Below, in pieces: positions 20,031 to 28,544 of a DNA stretch of 63,924 nt; position 1 is the stretch's first letter, and every line of letters begins with the position of its first letter. The DNA comes from Limnochordia bacterium (lineage in GTDB: Bacteria; Bacillota; Limnochordia; JAAZLZ01): contig JBMNRY010000001.1 of assembly GCA_050944915.1 (NCBI GenBank), positions 1 through 63,924 of the forward strand. Reading direction: 5' to 3'. The notes under the pieces are model-generated. The model did not search any database. It was not told the origin of the DNA and saw only the letters and a program-made list of their open reading frames with translations. A program made the position numbers and the translations under genes.

Positions 20031-21211
20031 CTAGGATTCGGCACCTTCGGACAGATTTCCTGCCTGGCAAGCGGCCAAGACTGCGGCATAGACCTCTTTT
20101 AAGGGGATGGAGCGCTCTTGGGCTACCCGCCGGCAAGACTCGTATTCAGGAGCATAATTCACACCCTGGGAAGTATAGGCCATTTTGACAGCGATGGGTC
20201 CGTATTTGGTCTCCACCAGCTTGATCTCCCGAGGCAGTTTCTCCCGGAAGACTTCGCTACGGCGCAGCCCAATGGTCGTCGTCTCCCGGAACAAACATTC
20301 TTTTATTGATTCTTCATCTTCCTCCCGACACAACACCGATAAGATCACACCGGGACGGGATTTTTTCATGATGATGGGAGTGAGATAAACATCGAGGGCC
20401 CCGAGGGCAAAGAGCCGTTCCATAACGTATTCGTAAATCTCCGGATTTAGATCATCCAAATTGGTCTCTAGGAGCAGGACCATATCCCTGGAGTTTTTTT
20501 TTGCCGACCGACCACAACCCGCAGCAGATTGGGGATGGGCAATTCGGCCTTGCCGACACCATAACCGACCCCTTCGATCTCCATGGCCGGGTATGGTCCG
20601 AAACCATCGGCCAAAGCCCCTACCAGCGCCGCCCCCGTTGGGGTAACTAGCTCCCCTTGAATGCCCGTCGAATAGACGGGGATACCCTTGAGAAGTTCCA
20701 AGGTTGCCGGAGCAGGCACAGGGATGGTGCCATGTTGACAGCGAACAAAACCGCTTCCTAAATGGAGGGGTGAACAATAGAGGGCCTCGATGCCTAAAAG
20801 CCGCAAACCAATGACGGCTCCAGCGATGTCGACGATGGAGTCAACTGCCCCAACTTCATGGAAGTGGACATGATGGCTGCTTTCGCCGTGAACCCGGGCT
20901 TCTCCCTCGGCCAAAAACCCAAAGACCTTGGTGATCCGTTCTCGATCTTCCGAGGGCAGGCTGCTGGCCTCGATGATCTCCAGGATATCATCGAGATGGC
21001 GATGGGGATGATCTTCTCCCACCTCCACCTGGCAACGGGTACCAGCTAAACCGTTGCGTTTCTCGGATACAAAGCTAATCTCGTAACCCTCTAAGGGAAT
21101 CTTCCCTAACTCAACTTTAAGTTCTTCGGGATCGACTCCAGCATCGACCAGGGCCCCCAGGGTCATATCACCGCTGATACCGCTATAACAATGGAAATAG
21201 GCTATGCGCAT
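20031..21211 (-). CDS. larC: nickel-pincer cofactor nickel insertase LarC (DUF111), split into two frames at an A9 run
   Basis: N-terminal frame (20468..21211) starts MRIAYFHCYSGISGDMTLGALVDAGV. C-terminal frame (20031..about 20500) reads LLETNLDDLNPEIYEYVMERLFALGALDVYLTPIIMKKSRPG. The frames join after a -1 slip or one extra A at 20494-20502. Confidence 0.8.
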
Positions 21212-21990
21212 TATTCGACGACTCCTTTACCGAACTGGTTAACTAAGCGATTGATGGTCGCCGCCATGTAGCCGGCACCAAAACCATTATCGATATTGAC
21301 CACCGCCACCCCCGAAGCGCAGGTGTTAAGCATACTCAATAGGGCGGCTAGGCCTTGGAAATGGGCCCCATAACCGATGCTGGTAGGCACCGCGATGACC
21401 GGCTTATCGACTAAACCGCCGACGACGCTGGCCAGGGCCCCTTCCATCCCGGCGACGACGATAATCACATGGGCTTGGTTTAATCTTTCCCGGTGTTCCA
21501 AAAGACGGTGCATCCCGGCTACACCCACATCGTAAATCCGCTCCACCCGATGGCCCATGGCCCGGGCCGTTAGACAGGCCTCTTCTGCGACGGGAATATC
21601 GGCCGTCCCCGCGGAGAGGACAACGATGGTTCCCTGGTATTCGACGGGCGGCTCCGATCCGATCTGGATGATCCGAGCTTGAGGATGGTAACTGGCCTCG
21701 GGGATTGCCTCCTTCACCCGTTCCCAAAGGGAACTTTCGGCTCTGGTGGCTAAAACCAAGGGATGTTGAGCCTTGAGGCGGCGGCAGATCTCCACTACTT
21801 GCTCAGGGGTTTTCCCTTGACAAAAAACAACCTCGGGGAATCCCTTTCGTAACGCCCGATGGTGATCGATTTTCGCGTATTCTAATTCTTCGTAGGATAG
21901 ATCCTTTAATTTTCCAAAGGCTTCCTCCACTGGCACAGAACCAGCTTGGACAGCCTTTAACAACGATCGCAGACTTTTTTCATCCATCAA
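21211..21990 (-). CDS. larB: nickel-pincer cofactor biosynthesis protein LarB (PurE-like carboxylase/hydrolase)
   Basis: 259-aa ORF with an N-terminal helical extension and a PurE-like core (IVVLSAGTADIPVAEEA ... VIIVVAGMEGALASVVGG). Adjacent to larC, with start and stop codons overlapping by 1 nt (shared position 21211). Confidence 0.85.
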   Translation of the reverse strand: MMDEKSLRSLLKAVQAGSVPVEEAFGKLKDLSYEELEYAKIDHHRALRKGFPEVVFCQGKTPEQVVEICRRLKAQHPLVLATRAESSLWERVKEAIPEASYHPQARIIQIGSEPPVEYQGTIVVLSAGTADIPVAEEACLTARAMGHRVERIYDVGVAGMHRLLEHRERLNQAHVIIVVAGMEGALASVVGGLVDKPVIAVPTSIGYGAHFQGLAALLSMLNTCASGVAVVNIDNGFGAGYMAATINRLVNQFGKGVVE

Positions 21991-22057
21991 CCTAGACAGT
22001 CCCTGGTCAAGGACCGTCCTCCTCTCCTCCCTCGGTTTGAAAAATCCAGCTATCGCC

Positions 22058-23194
22058 CTATTTCCCCCAGCGCCGCAGGGGCCGGCTTAATTTGGCCAGC
22101 AGGCTCGGCACTTCGGCGGTGTCTTCTCCTCCGATGTTTTGAGCTAGGCTTTGCAAGGCCTGGGCGGCCCGGCAGCTGGGGTAGGCCGTCAATAAGTCTA
22201 CTTGGCGGCGCACAGCCCGGAGCACATAGGGATCCAGGGGCAGACAACCTATGTAATCTAGATTATAATCTAAGAACTGGCGGGCGGCAAAAATTATTTT
22301 CCCCGCGGTTTCCTGCCCGTCCCTTTCCCCATCGACCATATTCACCAACAGTTGCAAAGGACCTCCATAACCCCAGGCATTGAGGACTTTAATCATGGTG
22401 TAGAGATCGGTGATGGCATGGGGCTCCGGGGTCGTTACCAGTATACCCCGGGTCACATAAGACATCAGGGTCAAAAGACTGACATCGATGCGGGAGCCCG
22501 TATCGATGATCACATAGTCGAATTGACCGTCCAAGGCCAGTAAGCCCCGACCAAGGAGATCTATTTGTTCTTGTCCCAAATATCCCCCTGCTGGGGTGCC
22601 GGTGAGACCAGGCAGCACCTGGATCCCCCCAGGACCGGGACAAAGCAAGTCGGTGATTGTCCGCTCCCCATTCCAGAGGTGACCCAAATTGTAGGGACTT
22701 TGGAGATTGAGAAGGATGTGTAGATTAGCCATCCCGAAATCTCCATCGATCAGACAGACCCTGCGGCCCATAAGGCCCAAGGCTACAGCCAAGTTAAGGG
22801 CCAAAACCGATTTACCCACCCCACCTTTACCGCTGATGAAGGCCAAGACTTTGGTCTTCTCCCAACCTCCCCTGGCTTGCCTGGTGACCAGCTTTTTCGG
22901 ATGGGCTAGGACCAAGTAGGGATCGGTGCCCCCCTGACGCTGGAGGACAAGGCTGGGAAAGGAGGTTACAGCCCCCGGTTCTTGGACTTCGATTTTAAGC
23001 TCGGTGCCCACCGGCAACAAGACTACTTGACCGCCCTCCATGGGCATGCTGATCCGCAAGGTCTCCTCCTCGACGGCCAGGATAGTCGCTAGATAACGAC
23101 CCCGGTATAAAGGCGACTGGGTCCGAATGCGGATCTTCCATCGGGGTTGTAAACGGTCGAAGACATCGGGCAGGTTGGACAATAGACTCCCCAC
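22058..23194 (-). CDS. PilZ-like beta-barrel domain fused to a MinD/ParA-type P-loop ATPase
   Basis: N-terminal part: RLQPR (an RxxxR motif) ... ILAVEEETLRISMPMEGGQVVLLPVGTELKIEV. Then the deviant Walker A SGKGGVGKS and DGDFGMANL ... DYVIIDTG. Confidence 0.7.
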   Translation of the reverse strand: MGSLLSNLPDVFDRLQPRWKIRIRTQSPLYRGRYLATILAVEEETLRISMPMEGGQVVLLPVGTELKIEVQEPGAVTSFPSLVLQRQGGTDPYLVLAHPKKLVTRQARGGWEKTKVLAFISGKGGVGKSVLALNLAVALGLMGRRVCLIDGDFGMANLHILLNLQSPYNLGHLWNGERTITDLLCPGPGGIQVLPGLTGTPAGGYLGQEQIDLLGRGLLALDGQFDYVIIDTGSRIDVSLLTLMSYVTRGILVTTPEPHAITDLYTMIKVLNAWGYGGPLQLLVNMVDGERDGQETAGKIIFAARQFLDYNLDYIGCLPLDPYVLRAVRRQVDLLTAYPSCRAAQALQSLAQNIGGEDTAEVPSLLAKLSRPLRRWGK

Positions 23195-23244
23195 CTCAAA
23201 AGTATCCTTAGTCCCCGTAGTCTCCCACAGGGACTGAGTGCTTT

Positions 23245-23260
23245 TGTTCCACGTGGAACC
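23245..23260. promoter_or_regulatory. parS centromere-like site (copy 1, intergenic)
   Basis: TGTTCCACGTGGAACC against the Firmicute consensus TGTTNCACGTGAAACA. The 14-bp core is a perfect palindrome. Confidence 0.8.
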
Positions 23261-23266
23261 CTCTCT

Positions 23267-24118
23267 CTAATGACCGACGAGAGCTTCGATAATCCGATCG
23301 ATATCATCGATACTATAATACTCAATCTCGATCCGGCCGGCTGCTCGACCCCGGGGTTTGATTCGCACCTTGGTCCCTAAAGCCCGCTGCAGCTGATCTT
23401 CCACATCTATTAACTGGGGATCTCTGACCTTAGGGGCCCCTTTTGTTCCACGTGGAACCTTTTTACCCCGACTGGCCACCAGCTTTTCCGTATCGCGAAC
23501 CGATAAACCGCCCTCCACTACCTGTTGGGCGAGGGCCATTTGTTCCTCCCCCTGGAGGGCTAAGAGAACCTTAGCGTGTCCAGCGCTCAATTTCCCCTCC
23601 AAAAGCAGCTTCTGGACGGGAGCCGTTAAACTAAGTAACCGCAGGGCGTTGGCCACCGTAGGCCGCTTTTTGCCTACCATTTCCGCCACTTGCTCCTGGG
23701 TTAGACTCCCTGCTTCCATCAGACGGCGGTAGGCCTCAGCCTCTTCCAAAGGGTTTAGATCCTCCCTCTGGATATTCTCCACCAAGGCCTGGATCATCAT
23801 CTGGGAGTCGCTGACTTGCCGGACGATGACGGGCATCTTCTTCAAACCGGCCCGCTGGGCCGCCCGCCAACGGCGTTCCCCCACGATGAGGGTATACCCA
23901 TCCCCTTCCTTGCGCACCAACACCGGCTGGAGGACCCCTTGGCGGCCGATGGATTCCGCCAATTCCTCCAAAGCCTCCTCATCATAGGTGCGACGGGGTT
24001 GGTAAGGATTAGGTTTAATGGCACCTATATCTACTTCCCGGACTTCCTCGCCGGCAGGGATGGGACCTTCCGAGGGCATTAGGGCTCGCAATCCCTTACC
24101 GAGGACTTGTCGACTCAT
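23267..24118 (-). CDS. spo0J: chromosome partitioning protein ParB/Spo0J
   Basis: IKPNPYQPRRTYD ... GERRWRAA ... GKKRPTVANALRLL ... GHAKVLLAL. Confidence 0.95.
   Translation of the reverse strand: MSRQVLGKGLRALMPSEGPIPAGEEVREVDIGAIKPNPYQPRRTYDEEALEELAESIGRQGVLQPVLVRKEGDGYTLIVGERRWRAAQRAGLKKMPVIVRQVSDSQMMIQALVENIQREDLNPLEEAEAYRRLMEAGSLTQEQVAEMVGKKRPTVANALRLLSLTAPVQKLLLEGKLSAGHAKVLLALQGEEQMALAQQVVEGGLSVRDTEKLVASRGKKVPRGTKGAPKVRDPQLIDVEDQLQRALGTKVRIKPRGRAAGRIEIEYYSIDDIDRIIEALVGH
23444..23459. promoter_or_regulatory. parS centromere-like site (copy 2, inside spo0J)
   Basis: The 20-mer cttttgttccacgtggaacc is identical to the one at copy 1. Confidence 0.8.
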
Positions 24119-24873
24119 CTAGCCATCACTTCCTCTGCTAATTGCTCGTAGGCTTGGGCTCCCTTCGACTTAGGGTCGTAGTTGAGGATGGGCAAGCCAA
24201 AGCTGGGCGCCTCGCTGAGGCGGACGTTTCTGGGAATGACCGTCTGGTAAACCACATCACCGAAGACGCTGCGGACTTCTTCCACAACCTGTTGGGAAAG
24301 ATTGGTTCGGGCATCGTACATGGTCATCAAAACACCTTCGATAATGAGTTCAGGATTGAGATGTTCCCGCACCAAATCGATGGTCCGCATCAGTTGACTT
24401 AAACCTTCTAAGGCGTAATATTCACACTGGATAGGGACTAAAACGCCATCGGCCGCGGTCAACCCGTTGATGGTCAGCAGGCCCAAAGATGGCGGCGCAT
24501 CAATGAAAATAAATTCATAATCACTTTTCACCGCTTCCAAGGCTCGGCGTAAGCGAAACTCCCGGGAAATAACGGAAACTAGTTCCACCTCCGCTCCTGC
24601 CAACTCAATGGTCGCCGGCGCGACCTCTAAGTTCTCCACAGCGGTGGTCCGGATAATATTCCTTAAAGGTTGTCCCTCGATAAGAACCGAATACAGACAA
24701 CCTTCTAGCTCCCCTTTATCGATCCCCAAACCGCTGGATGCATTTCCCTGGGGATCCCCATCGATCAACAAAACCTTGGCACCTTTATGGGCCAGATAGG
24801 CACCGAGATTCACAGCCGTGGTACTTTTACCCACTCCACCCTTTTGATTAACGACAGCAAGTACTTTTCCCAT
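24115..24873 (-). CDS. soj: chromosome partitioning ATPase ParA/Soj
   Basis: VVNQKGGVGKSTTAVNLGAYLA, 252 aa, with a 4-nt overlap with spo0J. Confidence 0.95.
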   Translation of the reverse strand: MGKVLAVVNQKGGVGKSTTAVNLGAYLAHKGAKVLLIDGDPQGNASSGLGIDKGELEGCLYSVLIEGQPLRNIIRTTAVENLEVAPATIELAGAEVELVSVISREFRLRRALEAVKSDYEFIFIDAPPSLGLLTINGLTAADGVLVPIQCEYYALEGLSQLMRTIDLVREHLNPELIIEGVLMTMYDARTNLSQQVVEEVRSVFGDVVYQTVIPRNVRLSEAPSFGLPILNYDPKSKGAQAYEQLAEEVMAR

Positions 24874-24880
24874 CTAACCA

Positions 24881-25768
24881 CTACCCTTCTGTCTGACCCT
24901 TTTTGGCTTTGGCGATATGGATTTCGATGACCAGTTCATCTTCCCCTTCACTCCGCTGCCGCACATCGACGGCCAGGCCTGTCCTCTTTAGGCCCTCCGT
25001 TAACTTGTGTAAACTGTTCAAAAAGGGTCGGGTATCTTTGATGATCCCCACCCAGCTTTGTTTTCCTCGGGGTCTTTTCTCCCCTTCCAGGATGGTTTTC
25101 ACCATTCTTTCCGTGGCCTTTACACTAAGACCCTCCCCGATGATCCTCTCGAGGACCGCCATTTGCATTTCCCCGTCGGGTAGTCGCAGTAAAGCCCGGG
25201 CATGCCGTTCAGAAATCATTTCCCGGGAAATAATTTCTTGAATCTCCGGCGGCAACCGCAACAAACGCAGCCGATTGGCGATGGTCGATTGGGCACAGCC
25301 GATCCGTCGCGCTAACTCTTCTTGGGTAAATCCAAATTCCTCGATTAGCCGACGGTAGCCCTCTGCTTCCTCGAAAACATCCAGATCTTTGCGCTGAATG
25401 TTCTCGATTAGGGCCAACTCCGCAGTCGTTTGGTCGTCCATTTCCCGGACGATGGCGGGGATCCGCTCCCAACCGAGAGTTTGGCAAGCTCGCAGACGCC
25501 GTTCCCCGGCCACCAGCTGATACCCGTGGGGCACAGGCCGGACGACGATGGGGTGAAGGAGCCCGTGCTCCTCAATGGAGGCCGCCAATTCCGCCAACTC
25601 CGTCGGTTGGATCCGCCGCCGAGGTTGATAAGGGTTGGGTTCGATCTCGGCCGTGGGCAGAGATTCGACGCCCTCCCCATCGATATCGGCCCCTAGGTCA
25701 AGTTCCAGAGCCGAGGCCAACTCTTCCTCTCCTTTGGCCCGGGCCCGTAAGATATCTGTAAGTTTCAC
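24881..25768 (-). CDS. noc: nucleoid occlusion protein Noc (ParB paralog)
   Basis: IEPNPYQPRR ... GERRLRA ... QSTIANRLRLLRLPPEIQEII ... ISERHARALL, a Noc-type HTH signature. It lies between rsmG and soj. Confidence 0.85.
   Translation of the reverse strand: MKLTDILRARAKGEEELASALELDLGADIDGEGVESLPTAEIEPNPYQPRRRIQPTELAELAASIEEHGLLHPIVVRPVPHGYQLVAGERRLRACQTLGWERIPAIVREMDDQTTAELALIENIQRKDLDVFEEAEGYRRLIEEFGFTQEELARRIGCAQSTIANRLRLLRLPPEIQEIISREMISERHARALLRLPDGEMQMAVLERIIGEGLSVKATERMVKTILEGEKRPRGKQSWVGIIKDTRPFLNSLHKLTEGLKRTGLAVDVRQRSEGEDELVIEIHIAKAKKGQTEG
25218..25231. promoter_or_regulatory. perfect match to the Noc-binding-site palindrome
   Basis: ATTTCCCGGGAAAT read directly from the sequence, inside noc. 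Confidence 0.6.
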
Positions 25769-25957
25769 TGCTGGCGCAGAAATGGCCCCTCAGCCCTTCT
25801 GCTCCCTCCCTTTCCTTATGTACCGCTTTAGGTTGTACTTTCGGTTTCCACCAGCGTTTTCCTGCCCCCCGTGTTTCTTAGGCCGGGAGGATTAAGGCCC
25901 CAAACCTCTAGAAGGATTATTTTCTTTCTTTTCGGATTTTTCTAATCAAAAGGCCCC

Positions 25958-26683
25958 CTAGAGAGGCCTTTTCCGGGGAGCGCCCGGGCGGCGGGGGTAG
26001 TTAGGGGGTGTGGGTTTCATCTTGCCGACGAAGATTAGGGTCCGCCCTCCCCCACCAAAGGGCAACTGAACCCCTTTAATCTCCCGGATTTCTCCCCCCA
26101 GGATCTCGAGAGCCCTTTGAGCTGCGACCACCTCTTCTTGGGCTTCGGGGCCTTTAAGGGCGATAAAGGCTCCGCCCACCTTGACCAAAGGCAGACAGTA
26201 TTCCAAGAGCACCGGCAGGGAGGCTACGGCCCGGGCCACGACAAGATCGAAGTTGTCCCGGCAATCTTCCCGTTGACCCAGCTCTTCTGCCCGACCCCAA
26301 TGGACTTGGATCCCCTTCAGGCCCAGCTTAGTGATGGCCCCCTGGAGAAATTCCGTCTTCTTACCGACAGAATCAAGGAGGGTGACTTCCAACTCCGGCC
26401 GCCAAATCTTCAACGGTACCCCGGGAAAGCCGGCACCGGTGCCTACATCTAACAGGGTAACCGGGGATAGACCCTGGATTAGTGGAGCCACCGCGAGGGA
26501 ATCGAGGAAGTGTTTGACCGCCATCTCCTCCCAGTCGGTGATGGCTGTTAGATTCAGCTCTTCGTTCCCCTCTCTGACCAAACGGGCCCAAGCGACGCAT
26601 TGTTCCAGTTGTTCCTCGTCTAAAGTAAATCCCCACTGATCAAGACCGATCTGTAAAATATTTCGGAAGGCTTGCTCACCCAC
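25958..26683 (-). CDS. rsmG: 16S rRNA (guanine527-N7)-methyltransferase
   Basis: 241-aa ORF with the SAM motif LLDVGTGAGFPGVPLKI. Canonical gidB position. Confidence 0.95.
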   Translation of the reverse strand: MGEQAFRNILQIGLDQWGFTLDEEQLEQCVAWARLVREGNEELNLTAITDWEEMAVKHFLDSLAVAPLIQGLSPVTLLDVGTGAGFPGVPLKIWRPELEVTLLDSVGKKTEFLQGAITKLGLKGIQVHWGRAEELGQREDCRDNFDLVVARAVASLPVLLEYCLPLVKVGGAFIALKGPEAQEEVVAAQRALEILGGEIREIKGVQLPFGGGGRTLIFVGKMKPTPPNYPRRPGAPRKRPL

Positions 26684-28544
26684 CGACTTGCCGCCTCCTT
26701 TTTTCCAGGGCCACCATCAAGACGCTGATATCCGCGGGATTTACGCCGCTGATCCGGGAGGCCTGGCCTAAAGAATAGGGTCGAATAGCATTGAGCTTTT
26801 CTACTGCCTCGGTGCTCAAACCCGACACTTGACTGTAGTCCCAATCCTCCGGTAGCAAAATATTTTCCAAGTGCCGAAACCGCTGGACTAGCTGTTCCTC
26901 CTTAGCCAAGTAACCGGCGTACTTCACTTCTACCTCCAGAAGGGGTACCAACTCCTCCGGGAGGGGTTCCCCTCCTAAAAGGGGTGCAATATCCCCGTAG
27001 GCTACCTCCGGCCGCCGCAGCAGATGAGCTGCCGAAAGGGGACGTTTTAAGGGGGTTGATCCAATCTTTTCCATAAGCCTTTGGACATGGGCTTCGGGAT
27101 AGATTTGCTCTTCTTCCAGCTGCCTTTGGGTCCTTTTAATCTGTTCCCAACGGCGGCACATCCGATCATAATCGGCTGTATCCACTAAGCCGATCTCCCG
27201 GCCCAAAGCCATCAGTCGATAATCGGCATTATCTTGGCGTAAAGACAGGCGATATTCCACCCGGGAAGTCAGCATCCGGTAAGGCTCAGTGGTGCCTTTG
27301 GTGACTAAATCATCGATAAGCACCCCGATATAACCTTGATCCCGTCCCAGGACGATCCCTTCTTGGCCCCGATGTTTGCGAGCCACGTTGATACCCACCA
27401 ACAAGCCTTGAACTGCCGCTTCTTCATATCCGGAACTACCGTTAATTTGACCGGCAAAATAAAGACCGTCGATGGTTTTGCTTTCTAAAGTAGGTTTTAG
27501 ATAAGTGCTATCGATGGCATCATATTCAATGGCATAGCCGGGACGGGTAATCTCCGCCTTTTCCAAACCGGGGATGGAATGGATCATCTCCCATTGCACA
27601 TCTTCCGGCAGACTGGTAGCCACTCCCGCCAGGTAGACTTCCCTGGTATCCCGCCCATCGGGCTCCACAAAGACTTGGTGGATCCGACCGGGGAAGCGAT
27701 CGACCTTGGCTTCGATGGAAGGACAATACCGGGGACCGACACCGATGATCAGGCCTGAAAACATAGCCGCCCGTTGAATATTGCCCGCCACGATCTCTTC
27801 GGTGACCGGAGTGGTGAGGGTCAAATAACAAGGGGTTTGCTCCCTCAAAGCTAAGGGATGGCGGAAGGAAAAGCCCTCCGTCAGCTCGTCCCCCGGCTGA
27901 AGCTCCATTTTGCTGTAATCGATGGTCCGGCCATCGACCCGGGGGGAAGTGCCCGTTTTCAGCCTGATGATGGGATACTCCAACTCCTGGAGTTGTTCCG
28001 TCAAGGCACCGGAGCTCACCTGTCCGTTGGGCCCCGAGGGCCACTGGGCATCGCCGATGGAAATCGCGCCTCCTAAATAGGTGCCCGTCGCGAGTAAGAC
28101 CTGGGGAGCCCGCCAAATCTGGCCGCTGGCGGTGACTACACCTTGGACCCTCTGGCCTTTGATCAACAGGCGTTTGACCATCCCTTCCCGCAGATCTAAA
28201 AGGTCTTGGTTTTCCAACACCCGCTGCATCCGCCGTTGATAGGCCCGTCGATCCCCTTGGGCCCGCAGAGCCCTTACCGCCGGCCCTTTCCCTTTATTTA
28301 ACACCCGTATCTGAAGGGCGGTGGCATCGATGTTGATGGCCATTTCTCCCCCGAGGGCATCCAGTTCTCGGACCAGTTGGGCCTTGCCGGGACCACCGAT
28401 ACTGGGGTTGCAGTCCATAAAGGCCACCTTATCTAAATTTAGGGTCAACAACAGGGTGCGCAGGCCCAGCCGAGCCGCAGCCAAGGCTGCTTCACAACCG
28501 GCATGACCACCGCCGATGACGATGAAATCGTAATCCATGAGCAT
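26676..28544 (-). CDS. mnmG: MnmG/GidA paralog 2 (full length, diverged)
   Basis: An ATG at 28544 forms a TAATG overlap with the upstream copy. Sequence: [20 protein letters not shown] ... GPRYCPSIE ... GQINGSSGYEEAA ... EPYRMLTSR. The 707-aa ORF-track version is a stop-free upstream extension. Confidence 0.9.
   Translation of the reverse strand: MLMDYDFIVIGGGHAGCEAALAAARLGLRTLLLTLNLDKVAFMDCNPSIGGPGKAQLVRELDALGGEMAINIDATALQIRVLNKGKGPAVRALRAQGDRRAYQRRMQRVLENQDLLDLREGMVKRLLIKGQRVQGVVTASGQIWRAPQVLLATGTYLGGAISIGDAQWPSGPNGQVSSGALTEQLQELEYPIIRLKTGTSPRVDGRTIDYSKMELQPGDELTEGFSFRHPLALREQTPCYLTLTTPVTEEIVAGNIQRAAMFSGLIIGVGPRYCPSIEAKVDRFPGRIHQVFVEPDGRDTREVYLAGVATSLPEDVQWEMIHSIPGLEKAEITRPGYAIEYDAIDSTYLKPTLESKTIDGLYFAGQINGSSGYEEAAVQGLLVGINVARKHRGQEGIVLGRDQGYIGVLIDDLVTKGTTEPYRMLTSRVEYRLSLRQDNADYRLMALGREIGLVDTADYDRMCRRWEQIKRTQRQLEEEQIYPEAHVQRLMEKIGSTPLKRPLSAAHLLRRPEVAYGDIAPLLGGEPLPEELVPLLEVEVKYAGYLAKEEQLVQRFRHLENILLPEDWDYSQVSGLSTEAVEKLNAIRPYSLGQASRISGVNPADISVLMVALEKRRRQVGG

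Noticed and set aside
19999-20136. The upstream extension of the M23 peptidase ORF (start at 20136).
   Set aside because: It overlaps the 3' end of larC and encodes an Arg-rich, non-conserved peptide. A GTG at 19998 with a strong SD fits better.
20503-20777. The N-terminal 90 aa of ORF 20031..20777 (MFTPPFRKRFCSLSTWHHPCACSG...).
   Set aside because: It is low-complexity and overlaps the well-conserved LarC N-terminal frame. Only the portion downstream of the A9 run is LarC-like.
24557-24570. A second NBS-like sequence, AACTCCCGGGAAAT, inside soj.
   Set aside because: It has two mismatches in one half-site. This is too weak to call without binding data.
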